Source of the DNA: Vermamoeba vermiformis
Lineage: Eukaryota
DNA: 64,000 nucleotides
Assembly: GCA_045837725.1 (NCBI GenBank)
Contig: JBEWZL010000056.1
Coordinates: 248,001-312,000, forward strand
Reading direction: 5' to 3'
This document shows positions 26,128-39,381 of the stretch, piece by piece. The stretch's first letter is position 1. Each line of letters starts with the position of its first letter. The notes beneath the pieces were generated by a model that was given only the letters and a program-made list of their open reading frames with translations, had not been told where the DNA came from and searched no databases. Position numbers and translations under genes: made by a program.

Positions 26128-28278
26128 TTAGTCCGCATGATTGTTGTTATGATTGCTCTCTTTTTCTTTGTCACTTCGCGGTGTGGTCGGAGCAGATCCA
26201 ATAGTGTCCGCTTGTTCACGCTTGAATATCGGTCTGCCGTGGTCAAAATCGCCAGTGAAGGTCATCTTGCTCGGGTCATATGAGCCACTGTCACTCGAGC
26301 CCATCTTGTACGTGCCTTCGCCGTGCGGTAGTCCGTTTGCAAATGAGCCCTGTAGCGTCGTGAGTGAGCTATTTGATGCACTTGTAAGCAGCAGTAGGAT
26401 CACTTACCTCATATTCATCACCGTTCTCTAACAAATAAGTGCCGTGGACCATGTTGTCATCGACAAATTTGCCCTGCAAAAGTATCGTATTAGGAACTAT
26501 TTGCCTTATTTGGTCATGTCTGTTGCCAACAACTACGTACCGAAAACACGTTCTTTTGTTCATTAGTCGTGAATTCACCCTCGCCGTGTCTCCTGCCAGC
26601 ACGCCACTCGCCCTTGTACACTGCGCCAGAGGCACTCTTTGAAGTATTGCGGTTATTTATCGTGTCGGAAATACATGCAATGTTTAGCTTTACCTTGTAC
26701 GTTCCTCGACCGTCAAACAGTCCGTCCTTAAATTCACCTTCATACACGTCATTGGAGGGTAGCAGTAACTTGCCTAATTAGGAACGAACACGTGTCAGTT
26801 CAAGTGTCACAAGCACGTGTCATAATTGTACCTTGGCCGTTGGGTTTTCCATTCTGAAATTCACCTTCGTATATTGTGCCCTCTTTGAACCTGTTAAATC
26901 GTTAACGATCACGTGACTCGTAATTGCAACTGCTCGATTGACTTACGTGAATTTTCCTCGGCCGTGTCGCTGTCCCATCAAATATTCACCTGCAAACCCG
27001 TTAATCTCACTTCTATTTACTATAGTAATCAGTTCGATATACCTTCATAAACATCTCCATTTGCAAAAGTATATACACCGCGACCGTGCTTTTTGCCTTT
27101 GACATAATCGCCCTTGTATCTGTCTCCACCGGCATATTCAAAGCTGCAGCCTGAAATACATGCAAAGATAAGATAACTATTTGGTATAGGGTGTTTGTGC
27201 GTACCAGGGCCATGCAGCGTGTTGTCTTCAAATGAACCAGTGCACGTTAAATTTGTTTGACCGAAGCGATAGGTGCCTTTGCCGTGGAATTTTCCGTTCA
27301 AGAAATCTCCCTCAAAGACATCGCCGTTCATGAATTCGTAGCGGCCGTTAGTGCCAGTCATTTGGCCGTTCTTGAATGGACCATCGTATTTGTCTTTGCT
27401 CGCAAATATTAGCCGACCTGACCCGTGCCACTGACCCAGCTCGAACTGGCCTGTGATGGTATAATCGATTTTATCAATATGTAGGTCATAGTAATAGTGT
27501 ATTATAGTCATTACCTTCATATTTGTCTCCATTAGCGTAATGACACACGCCTTCACCGTGAAATTTGTTGCTTTTGAATGATCCTCGATATTTTTCTTTG
27601 CCTGATTCATATACACCTTCTTTGTATTCCCCATTGTCGAATATACCCTACATAGTATAATTATCATTAATAACCATGCTCTAAACTTGTTTCAGCATCT
27701 TTTGTTGAAATTGTCATTTTTGTTCGAATTTTCATCGCGGTATATTTAAGTATCAAAATGATATGAATATAATATCTAAGTGTATCTTAATACCATTGTC
27801 ATTGTGATATTGCATTTAACGTACTTCGAAGTGACCTCCGTCTTTGAAAATCAATTTCCCTTGTCCAGTCGGCACGCCTTGCTCGAAATATCCTTCATAT
27901 ACATCACCGCTTGCAAATTCATAGCGCCCTTTGCCTTCTTTTTTGCCTTTGTAGTAACCTCCACGATATACGTCGTTGTTCGAGTATTTCACAACGCGCT
28001 GACAGATCCATTATTAGATTGATGTTAAAATATGATAATAATATTTAGGTATCTATACTGATATAGTAATGTCATAATAACGTCTCGAGTAATTAATTGA
28101 AATTAAATTTGATTTTTCAATATTAAAAATCGATTGATTTTAATACGTGCTAGTTTATTATTACTAACGATGTTAAATATAGTAGCGGTGAATTATAGAT
28201 GTGATTAATTATTAGATCGGGTACCTCGTCGGCACTATTGGCTGCTTGACCGGATTTGCTTGTTCCGTTCGCGCTCAT
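26128..28278 (-). CDS. MORN-repeat protein
   Basis: Many YxGxF/WxxGxxHGxG repeats (e.g. YKGDYVKGKKHGRGVYTFANGDVYEG) over many exons. Confidence 0.92.
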
Positions 28279-28362
28279 TAAATCGGAGCAATATTTATTA
28301 TTTACAACACAATATATTAAATAAATAAGTTGTTCATCAGATCAGATCTGTGACAAAAATGA

Positions 28363-28376
28363 TTTTCGCGCCGAAA
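28363..28376. promoter_or_regulatory. Overlapping double E2F-like site upstream of the MORN gene
   Basis: TTTTCGCGCCGAAA matches TTTSSCGC on both strands, ~85 nt upstream of the MORN ATG. Confidence 0.4.
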
Positions 28377-28427
28377 TTGATATTAATTCTTTTTCGCTTT
28401 ACGGGTTATATAATACAAGGGCTGAGC

Positions 28428-30412
28428 TTAAATCTCATTCTTATAAACATCTATGATCTTGATAACAATTTGTATGGTTCCCATCACTCCACCAGTCAAT
28501 CCTAGCAAAATGTAAAAGACATCCAGCGCTAGATGCGCCTTGTTCGTCGAGTGGCGGAAGAGTTTCATATGAATGAGCGCAGGGAATACAAATTGTAATG
28601 CACTGGAGCCTAAAGCGCCAACAAGACCAATCAACAAGCCTAAAAGAGTTCCGATCAGTTTGCCAGTACGCAACAGACTATCGAACAACGTACCAATATT
28701 AGGGCCAGCAGATAAGCCAATGATCATAGTACCAACGACGACAGATGTTCTAAATGCATTCTGCTTCCAGTAGAACTTCCAAGTTTTGCGTTCTTCTGGG
28801 GATGCGTTTTTGAAAATGTGTTCCTCGCAGATATCTGTGACTGGGAACAGTTGCAATGGATACAAGGCGATAATACCGATAATAAGACTATGAAGAGGTA
28901 AGTAAGTGATTGTCTACATCAGATCCGCATTAACTTACCAAATCGTAATAGCCTTAATAAGGTAGTACCAGACGTGTCCATTGGCCGCAGCGAATTGATC
29001 CAAGTTGACAGTGAATTCACTCTCCGTATTGTGACCAAATGCCGAGTAGCAGACTGAACCGAAGAGCGTGTAGTTGATCGAGGCAATGGTCAGACACAAC
29101 ACGAGCACGCGTGGGAACTTGGCAGGGTTCTTAATGGCAGTCTCACAGGGCAGTACCTGTGTAGTATTATTAGAATAATGCCGCATCGAAGCTATCAGTA
29201 AGTGTAACGTACCAATCCAATGCCTTCAAATGCATAGATTGCAATGCCGAACATTGTAGGAATGTTTCTGTTAGATGATGAGCCCTCTGAGCGGTATTAA
29301 CGATATCAATGTAGTGTGTACATACGACCAATTGACCCACACAGTGACGTTGTCGAACACCGTGCCTGCATCGTGTTGTCGCACGAGCGTGATGACTGAC
29401 ACCGTGTACGCGACGCCAATGCCGAACAAAATATTCACATTGGCAAAGATTGACAAGGGCGCGACCTTCTTCAAACTGTAGTGCATTTAGTATATGCTTG
29501 TAAGTCACTATCGATGCTACAGATTGATATTCCGGCACGTACCTGCGCAACCAAGACAAGCCAACAAAGATTGGAAACCACATCAGCGAGACATAGCGCC
29601 AATTAAAGTTCCAAGGCAGATACGGCAACACATTTTGACCGAGGAACACGACGTACACGCAACAGAATCCAGCCTGCAGTGCGGTACGTTAATGACATGA
29701 GATCTCAGTTAGGAAGAGCTTCAAAGACGTACCTGAGTGAATACGAGTAATATATCGACGAGTACCTGGCCCCATTTGCCGTACAAATGTCCCATAATAT
29801 TGCCAAAAGTTACTACAGGCACATTACGCGCAACTAACTCCTGTTTGGACTTAACTAGCATTGACATCGTGTGAATCGTCATAATCGCCACTAATACCAT
29901 GATAATTACTCCTGCCTATCGAGGTAATCAATATCTTCAATTATTCGGTCCAGGTGGTTAGAAAATTCCGATCTTGTCAGATCCTGCTTATGATATCTTC
30001 CACCGTTTCAATTATACTTACCACTAATCCACTTTGAACAAATCCATACGGCAAGCCTGTTAAATAATTAAAAATTAAAAAAACGAGGTTTCTAACCGCA
30101 TCTGATTGCTGTCGGTGGAGATATGACAACAGCGATTATAAATGCAATAAATACCTAAAATTCCAGACCCTAAATAGGCTTTCAGAATTAACAAGCCGAT
30201 CTGAATTGATCTAAATTAAAATGTTAGGACAGAAATCAAGCGATCACAATAACAACAAGGCAATATAATTAATACCCAGTATTTCGTTGTCTTCCTTCAC
30301 TTAATTCAACGTGTCCGTGATCCTGCTTGGTGTTGATCGAGTGGTCATTGCCGTAACTCGCATGATGGTCGTCACCTAACAAAGGACGTTTTTCAGGCTG
30401 ACTACTGCTCAT
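28428..30412 (-). CDS. Amino acid/auxin permease (AAAP, SLC36-like) transporter
   Basis: LKAYLGSGIL/GLPYG, YAFEGIG, VLPCETAIKNPAKF, YPLQLFP, LVGALGSSALQFVFPA; N-terminal EKRPLL dileucine-type signal. Confidence 0.9.
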
Positions 30413-30862
30413 TGAATATGGAGCAATAATAGTGGCCTTGTTACTGGTGCAAAACGCCAATTATCACGTCCAGCCGTCCTGTCAAACTTATCTTGCGTCC
30501 CGACATCGCAATTTCATGGATATTAGCGGACATTAACTTAAAGCTCGTTATTTCAGCGCTCTCTAGCTTCTTTTGGATTTAGAGGGCAAACTTGGTAAAC
30601 GTTGCGGAGCAGCAATGACTTGAAGCAAAGGCTGCCTGTCCATAGTACAAGCGCAAAATCTAATTTAAAGAGTATTAGGAGTGCTCTATTTAAAGCAGGA
30701 TCCAGTTGGAGTGGGACGGGATGCATTTCTGACACAACTTGGCACAAAATTGGTTTATTTACATGTTGCAAGATTTACATACATCAATTTATTATATTTA
30801 TGCCGTAGTTAAGCAACTGTGACAAGCTGGATGCGTTCTTTAATTTGCGATTGTGGGTCCAT

Positions 30863-31338
30863 TTACTGATAGTTGCTTTTAATATTCAAAATAAAATTTT
30901 CTATAATCTCTTCTTCGTCATCAACGATTTCCCTTCATTGTTTCAATTAGTTTGCTGCAAATTCAAGACATCTGGATTCCGCCGAAGATAGAAACTAATT
31001 CGTTGTGGCTTACCATGTTGCGAAGTGCCTCGAAGCTGCTGCTGCCAATTCGACCTTTGATGCATTAGCGTGCTTGGTTCGCAATCGGAATACTTTTTTG
31101 TAGTTTCGCAGAGATGATACATCCAAATGATTCAGATCCGCAATAAGCTACAAGATGAAGGTTAGAATACAATATTATTTGCTTAGGAGTTGCACCGTAC
31201 TAAATTTCCATCATCAGGCTCGTTAATTTGATTGATCGCGGGCGAAAAAGTCTCAACTTTAGAAGAAGTCTCGCCGTCATCACTGCGACCTCCGCCTAAT
31301 TTAGCTTGTCTTCTACGGCTACTACGTCGTCTGTCCAT
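30863..31338 (-). CDS. SAP30-like protein (Sin3-binding domain only); 3 exons
   Basis: Spliced ADLNHLDVSSLRNYKKVFRLRTKHANASKVELAAAASRHFATWEIVDDEEEIIENFI matches SAP30 C-terminal pattern; basic N-terminus. Confidence 0.75.
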
Positions 31339-31549
31339 GATGGTGTTTGTTATATATATGCGGCCTGGTTTATGAATAATTAAAGTTCCGCCATTTTTTG
31401 TCCGCCGTTTTGCAGCACGTGATGAGCACGTGATCTTTAATTGACACGATAGTGACGCACAATGGATGAATTGATATTGTTTATTTCGATGATTACTGCT
31501 ATGTACAATTATTTCTAAATAAGGCAAGAATTTGATTTCAGATCCGGAT

Positions 31550-33923
31550 CTAGTTCAGCTCTGAATTGGACAGACTAGACGACGAGGACTTGACAGGGAT
31601 CGACCTAGAGAAGCGACGTTGGAAGCCAGGTGTGCGTCCTCCAGCAAGTTGTTTGGCAATAGCGAAAGCGACATCCAAGCTCTGCGTGTAATTGAGTCGC
31701 GGGTCGCAGAAGGTCTCGTAGGCCTCAGACAAGTGATGGTCTTGCAGCTGCGGTGAGCCACCAGTGCACTCAGTCACGTCCTCGCCTGTCAGCTCTAAAT
31801 GCACTCCACCCAATCGACTCTTCTCGCGCGTGTGGATCTCGAAAGATTGCATCAATTCAGAGGTGATCTTTTCAAAGTCACGTGTCTTGATGCCCTGCTT
31901 GGTGACTTCGGTGTTGCCGTGACACGGATCACACACCCAAATCACTGGAATGCCCGTCTTTTTCACGGCTCTGATGTGTTCGGGCAAGAACTTGCCCACT
32001 TTCTCGCAGCCATAGCGTGTAATCAAGGTTAATTTTCCTATAAATTGATTGGTCGGTTAATAATCGACTTACTAAATTAGGAAAAAAAAGAACTAAGTAC
32101 GTACCAGGTTCAGACTTAGGATTGAGCACTCTGACAAGTTCAACGAGCTCATCAACGGTGATGGAAGGGCCCACTTTGAGACCGACTGGATTAGCAATGC
32201 CGCGGAAGTATTCAATATGTGCGCCATCGATTTGACGAGTGCGATCTCCGATCCACAAGAAATGAGCTCCGAGGTTCATGTAGCCGGCTGTTGAATAAGG
32301 AACATGTTAGTATAATTGAGTATTAATATGAATAATGAAGATAACGATATTAGAGCGAGATCTGGAGGTTGTTAGAATTGTTAGTGAACTAAGATCTGGT
32401 TTTAAATTCGACTGAAATAAATAACTGAGTAGTATAATACACTTACAATTAGTGCTCTTAGTCAATGCCTCTTCGTAGTTCAACAACAGCCCCTCGTGTG
32501 AGGTGAACAGATCAACTGATTTTAAGCTTTCGCCTTGATCTGCATTAATACTCGACAAGAACGACAGACCTTCGAGAATTCTATCGATGCATTCTATAGT
32601 AAGATTATTAGTAGTAGAAGTTAACGGACTTTGATCGAATATCTTGAAAAATATCCAAACAAAAACGTCACATTGTTTTCAGTCCCGTACAACTCTAATT
32701 TGTCCCATTAAAGATTCGCTAAATATTATTATGCTAGTACTATAATATTATACCTTATGATCTATTATTAACGATGAACTAAATAAATATAATTTCGTAC
32801 CTTCGTAATTGCGTCGAATATTATCGTCGTAAATGCTGTCTAACTTCCACGTCGGTGCGTCGTGCAAATTAGCAACACCACCAGCAATCATGGCGCGCAA
32901 ATAATTCAGCGCTGCACTCGAGTGGAAGTATGCCAGCAACAGTCGATTGGGATCTGGCTCTCTGTGCGACAAATCAAAGCTGTTGACGTTGTCACCTTTG
33001 AACGAGGGATATGATACTCCATTGATAGTTTCATTAGGCGATGATCTGTAGGTATCGGGTTAAACTAGTTTAACGGAGATGCCGATCGGAGAAAAAACTT
33101 TTCGCGTAACAGCCTACTCAAAATAAATATATGGAATATTTATATTACCTTGGCTTGGCAAACTGACCGGCTAATCGACCAATACGAACAACTGGGATTC
33201 TGAAAAATAAGAAAATTAATTCAAACTCGAGAATACCGTATTTCTTTGGTCTGAAATTTACCGAATGGTTATATACGATACTTACCTTGATTGCCAAATG
33301 ATAATCAAACTCATTTGAAGCAGGATCTTGAATTTTCCTTCGATCGCTTGCTGATTGCAATCCAAAAATCGTTCAGCGCAGTCACCTCCCTAACAACATG
33401 TTAATACATATAACAATACTCAACGGCTAATATTTAGCCTTCAAAACCAATTTAGGAACAATCGAGAAGATTCGCATCTCTTACCTGGAGAATAAATCGT
33501 TCGCCACGACATACGGCAGCCAATTGCGCCTTAAGAGACTCGACTTCTTTCTGATGCACGAGCGGTGGCAAGCTGCGCACTTGTTTCAAGGTCGCTTCAA
33601 GGGCTTTTTCATCTAGTTACGATAAATATCATTAGCATGATCGGTTTACGACGTAAATAAGAACTATAACAAGTTATAAGTACTTCAATATACGATAAGA
33701 TTTTCGGACCACTTTTCCTTGAGAAAAACAGCAGAATAAACTGGAGACTGGCGCCGGCATCCGGGATCACAAAAAAAACAATAAACAAATAATTACCTGG
33801 ATATTCGGGCTGCTGTTTAATAGGAAATTGTCTCCAGGAATTAGGTGTCCATTCCCCTCGCTTGGAACCGTCGGTGTGTAGTAACAAATTATCGTAGGCA
33901 TCCGTTTCACTGTAAGACGACAT
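31550..33923 (-). CDS. Class II DAHP synthase (3-deoxy-D-arabino-heptulosonate 7-phosphate synthase)
   Basis: WTPNSWR..QQPEY, QGGDCAE, GRLAGQFAKPR, FTSHEGLLLNYEEAL, HFLWIGDRTRQIDGAH, CDPCHGNT, GGVHLELTG, CDPRLN. Confidence 0.96.
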
Positions 33924-34471
33924 TGTGGAAGGTTACGATGAGGAATGGAGTATTATATTAGTCGAGATTGGGAGGTTTGACTAGTCAGATCTCGCTTGTT
34001 GTTGATAAACTCGGAAACAAAAAAAAAATAATCTGCGCGCAGAAGATCCTTCGGAATTGTCGGAAAACTCACAAAAGGACACAGTAACATTGCTGTCATT
34101 GTTTTTTCAATGCTTTCAATCAAAGGGAGCAAGCGTTCGAGCTCGTACGGTCTAAAAGCATTTTGTGAGTCAAAGTTCAACCGCGTACAGGCTCCTGCCT
34201 GGTCTACGAATTAGGCTCAATTCGGTGCAATAAAAAGCATCGTGAAACGGACTGGTAGAAATCCGCCCGATCCAGTTCTCCGGAGGAAATGATACGTTTT
34301 AATATGTTGCTGACCTTTAAAGGGCATTTTGGCTTTCTAAGATAAGACAAGTACATTATTATTATTGCCATGTTGTTTTCGGTGGTTTTGCTTTTTTTGA
34401 ACTGACGTCAGGGAAATAATTCGCGTTTTTTGATTTCGAGCTTTATTGAAATACAGCAACACACTTCAAGC

Positions 34472-37036
34472 ATGGGTGACGTGAATAAGACTTATTCAGC
34501 TCAAGTACTGCAAAAGCTGCGCAACAAATTGGAAAACAAGGCAAGATCTGGCTTGACTTGTGGCGAAATTGAAATCTGACTTTACAATTCGATAGGAAAA
34601 ATTCAAAATTATTATTTACTTGCGGTTATTTAATACTGATGTTATGCAATATTTTTTACTGTCTGTGGTTGATGCTAATTATTTTGTAATAATTACAGAA
34701 CTGTTTTGACTGCAACGCACAAAATCCGACTTGGGCTTCATACACATACGGTATATTCATCTGCTTGAATTGCGCATCAGTTCATAGACAATTGGGCGTG
34801 CATATTACATTTGTCAGGTACTTACTGCTCCTTAGAAAGTTCATACAACGGATTCGTTTTTCACATAAACGAAAAATTATCAAAAATTAAACTAATAATA
34901 CGTACCATTAACTAATAAATCAAATTATAAAGATCTACTGAATTAGACGAATGGGGCAACGAACAATTAGAGCGGATGGTGCAAGGTGGCAATGGCAAAG
35001 CCAAAGCATTTTTTAGACAACACGGCGTAGCAGTATGTTCAATATTTATTATGATTTTATATTATTACACTAGGATACCTAACACGACGACAGTCGGAAA
35101 ATTCGAAAAATCATTAATGATTGTAATCACCGAGGAATTGCCCTGCTTAATGACGATTACCATATTAGGACACTGCCAAGCCTGAAACTAAATACAAATC
35201 ACGTGCTGCTGAAATGTACAAAGCAAATTTGACCGCTGCCGTCAATGCTGCTCTCAGTGGTACGCATCAACTCGTTCATGAACAGTGACGCAGACTGAGA
35301 TCTTACTTTCCTAATTAGGCAAGACCCCTGCAGTCAAAGAGGACGATGACTTTGACGGATTTGGCAAGTTTGAGGACTTCGCGCCTGTCAAAGACGAGCC
35401 CAAGTCAACGAGCCCAGCAGTGAGTGCCAAGACAGTGCAATCACCGCAACCACGAGCTGTGGAGCACACTGAGCCCAACTACAAGAAGTAAGTATGCGCA
35501 TTGCCTTATTTGGGAACGAGATATTTGGGAATAGCGAAGACTTTATGGAGTGACATGTTGCTGTGAAAATTCTCGGTTCATGAACGAGATATTAAGCGTT
35601 GTCTTTGCAGAAATTTAATGGCCCCCACCGCGACAGCAGCCAAGAAAAAGAACGTGCAAAAAGTGACGACCGATTTCTTCGCGGACTGGGACAATGACGA
35701 GCCTGAGCCCGAACAAGAAGAGCCTGAACCCAGCCCTGTAGCTCAACGACGCGAAGAAGAGGACGTGTAAGTGATAGCTATTTATAGAGCTAGGTCTGTG
35801 GTATCGTACTTACTGTTGTCTGCAGCTCCGAAGTGCGTGGTTCATTCTCACGCTTGTCGTACAAAGACAACAACGCCAGTTCAAATGCCTCTCGCGAGCC
35901 TGAAAGAAATGTGACACAATCACGTCACGAGCCACAGAGCTCTAACACACGCAGCACTCAGAGCAAACGTCCTGGCGACAAGTAAGTGGAGTCACTTGCA
36001 CTCGAATGAACGCTAACGTGTTGTCATTGCAGGGAAGGTATTCGCCACAATTTGTTCGACGACGACATTGCCGATCGCGAGAAACAAGACCGTGAGCGTG
36101 AGAAGGGTATGCAACGATAATGCTGGCACCTAAGTAGGGCCCAAAAGTAACTGTTGTTGATATTCAGGCTCGTACTTGCCTCCTGGTCAGCGCTCTTCAC
36201 ACCGAAACAACGATTATTTCGATCAACACAATGACGAGGAAGATGATGGCTGGGGCAATTTGAACAAAAAGAATCAGAGCTCTAGCTCGAGCTGTAAGTG
36301 GTGACTTTGACACGTGTCACATGTCAACAATCTAATGCTTCGAACAGCTTACAGCAGCTCAGCGTCACGTGCCCAAGTCACTTCACGCTACGGCTCGGCA
36401 GCACCCAAACCTCAGTCAGTACGCTCAGACGATCCGTGGGACAGCTTTGACACCCCTGAAGAGGAACAGAGCTCGTACTCGAACAAGAACAGCTCATCAC
36501 GCGACAACTACGGTCAAAGTCAGAGCTCACGTTACGGAAGCAGCAGCTCTTCTTCATCGACCTCTTCATCGCGTGGAATGAGTCTCGGCAACTCGTCCTC
36601 TTCATCTTCACGCCCTACCACTAGCTCGTCCTCGCGACCTTCAACTGGTGGTGAAGCTGATTTGTCCAAATATAGCAATGCTCGTTCAATCTCCTCGGCA
36701 CAATTATTCAATCGTGATGAAAGTGACTTTGTGCCGCAAAACCGCAGTGGAAATTCATACAGCTATGGTGGCGGTGGTGGCTACGGCAATGGTACGTCGA
36801 TGATATTTCCTTATTTGGTAACTATTCTTAACTTGTTTTACAGACCACAATGTCACCTCGCGCATAGTCGAGACAGCATCAGCAGATCTGTCAAACTTAA
36901 AGGAAGCTGTTGTAGACAAGACTAGAAAGGTACTCACCGTATTAATTTATTTTAAGCTCATACACTAACTGCTGATAATTAGATCGGAGAAATGGCGTGG
37001 GAATGGTTCTCAGATCTGCAGGACCGATACACTTAA
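34472..37036 (+). CDS. ARF GTPase-activating protein, ArfGAP2/3 (Glo3)-like
   Basis: [42 protein letters not shown]-terminal [14 protein letters not shown] Glo3 motif. Confidence 0.92.
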
Positions 37037-37178
37037 CTTCAACAGCGTAGTGTCAGTCTTTTATGTTTTATTTGTATTAAATTCGAATAAATGAATAGTA
37101 TTGCGTTCGAATAATTATTGTTAGCAGCAGATCCAAAAAACTTTGTGCCGGCTGTCTTTTTCAATTTTCAGCTCAAAC

Positions 37179-37885
37179 ATGTTACATCAACTCACACGTC
37201 TATCTATTAAACATACTCGCTCAATTAAAAGAACTTCGTTGCTCAATCGAACAGCGACTTCGGAATTGAAGCGTAACTTTACCAAATCTGCTTCTCTCTT
37301 TGCACGAAAGGTTACGTTAACGGAAGAAAGCGGATTTCGTCAAAATATTACCGTTGGTAATTATTCAATTACATCTGATGCTTCAGTAAAAGATGGTGGC
37401 AAAGAAGAAGGTAAAATCTTTTTTAAATAAGAAAATTTGCCAGTTATTTTCAAAATCAATTAAATTAATCAATTACAAGAAAAATCGCTCCTAAAATCTG
37501 ATTTAAATATTACCAGGTGCCTCTCCTTTTGAACTCATATGCAGCGGATTGGGATCTTGGTACGTCGATAGATCTGATCAAAATTGATTTTGACCCCTAT
37601 TTACTCGTCCACAGCACTAGCATTACCGTGCGCATGTACGCCAATATGAAGAAATGGCCCCTCGAACAAGTGATCATCAACTTGACACACGACAAAGTGA
37701 CGGTGGAGAGCGAAGAGCCCAATGCCCAGCCTCGCAAGGTGGACAAATACGTCAGAATGATTCAGTTCAAGGGTCCATTGAGCAGCGAACAGCGCACGAG
37801 ACTGTTGGAGATTGCGAACAAATGTCCCGTGCACAAGAGTCTGGCGCAAGGCACGAACATTGTCGAGACTCATCTCGTGCAGTAA
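37179..37885 (+). CDS. OsmC/YhfA-family protein with putative mitochondrial presequence
   Basis: Arg/Ser/Thr-rich N-terminus; spliced GASPFELICSGLGSCTSITVRMYA and RLLEIANKCPVH. Confidence 0.88.
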
Positions 37886-38123
37886 ATCAGGTCCTCATTG
37901 ATAATAACAATAGCGCACAAATAAATATGCATCATGTACAGCTCGTAGTCATCACACTAAGCACATCAGACCACATTTCATTTTAAAATCACATCCGCTT
38001 TGATTTGTGACATGTCAAAGTTCTAGAATCTTGTTATTCAATTAGTTCACGTAACATCGGTACAAGTAGAGTACTCAACTAAAGATAATTGAAGAGCTGA
38101 TCATATCTAGCCGGAAAAGACAG

Positions 38124-39146
38124 ATGCGCTGCAATTTGTTTTGTTTAGTTTTATTTTTTGGCCTGGCTTTTTCTCAATGTAAGTTGCTAATTATTTAACA
38201 TGGAACGTGTAATGCACTGAAGTTAATTTTGCTAGCTTTCCAAGAGCACAGTCTTTGGAGTTCAGGTAGTTGTTTGTTTAATTATCATTTTACGCAATTT
38301 AGCAATATGGAACTCATTATTTAACTTGCAGAGGCAAAGAGCAATGACTCGTGCTCTGTTGGCATCTACGACGTAGCCATAAATCTGTCCAGCAGAACGC
38401 AACTCACTAGTTGCTACGTAACCGCTATGAATGTGTTTAATCTTTTCAGCGGTCAGTGGTTACGAGATTATCTCACTTACAACGACACCAAGCTGGATGC
38501 AGGTCAGCTACGCAGCATTGTCGTCCAACCAGAAGGCCCACCAGCGGCGTTTTTTATTAATATCAATTATCCTCGAGATGGAGGCGTCATGCACAGTTTT
38601 ATTATTGAAAGAAACAAGTTTGGCACTAATAACAATGACGAAATGACATACAGGGTGTGGATGTCGTGGATTGCTAGTAAGCGACATCATATTGCATGTA
38701 TTATAAGTAATCACCATTACCTCCCAGAATACACACTGGTTGACTGGATAAACAACTCGTTAACACCTTACGGTGGAGGAGCGATACTCGACACTAATGC
38801 AATGAGCAAGTACTTCGACTACCTGAAGTTAGTTCAATACTATGGTACAACCCCAGAAGACCTCGAGGCATGGAAGATGGCGTTTGGTATCTCTCCGATC
38901 GGATTTGCCAGAGCAAACCTTCCATTAACCCAAGCGCCGGTCGGAGAGAGACCCCTTTTTTTAAGTTATGGCCTCACAGCACGTCAACAATATAGTTCGA
39001 ATAATTTGTTTAATGACTGCAACGCAAACATCGATGCGACCATTAAATTGGCCCAGAACTGCGCACTTTTAGGTATTGCCCAACAGTACTGCCAAATATG
39101 TATAAACTGGTGTGAAGAATCTGCACGTCGAGTTACACATCATTAA
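38124..39146 (+). CDS. Secreted protein with putative papain-fold Cys/His core resembling Cif/CHBP deamidases
   Basis: Signal peptide MRCNLFCLVLFFGLAFSQ; spliced CYVTAMNVFNLF..MHSFIIE..YRVWMSW..YTLVDW; in-frame 51-nt intron 38677-38727. Confidence 0.6.
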
Positions 39147-39381
39147 CAAGCGTAATTGGATCATTGTACGCAAAAACAAAATGCACTTATTTATTCCCTC
39201 GACCAAAACAAGAGGGCTAACACTGCGAGAGAAATAAACGAAGTTTCTTTTGACACCGAGGAGTACTGCTGGCAATTAGTAGATGGAATTGGCAGCAGTG
39301 TTTACGCCGCCATTGATACAATCGATTATGCCATTTGGTTGACGTCATTAATATCGTCGACTAGCACCATCATTCATGTGT

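Noticed and set aside
26128-28278. MORN repeats as a sign of giant-virus or bacterial insertion
   Set aside because: The gene has many host-type introns and ordinary host neighbours
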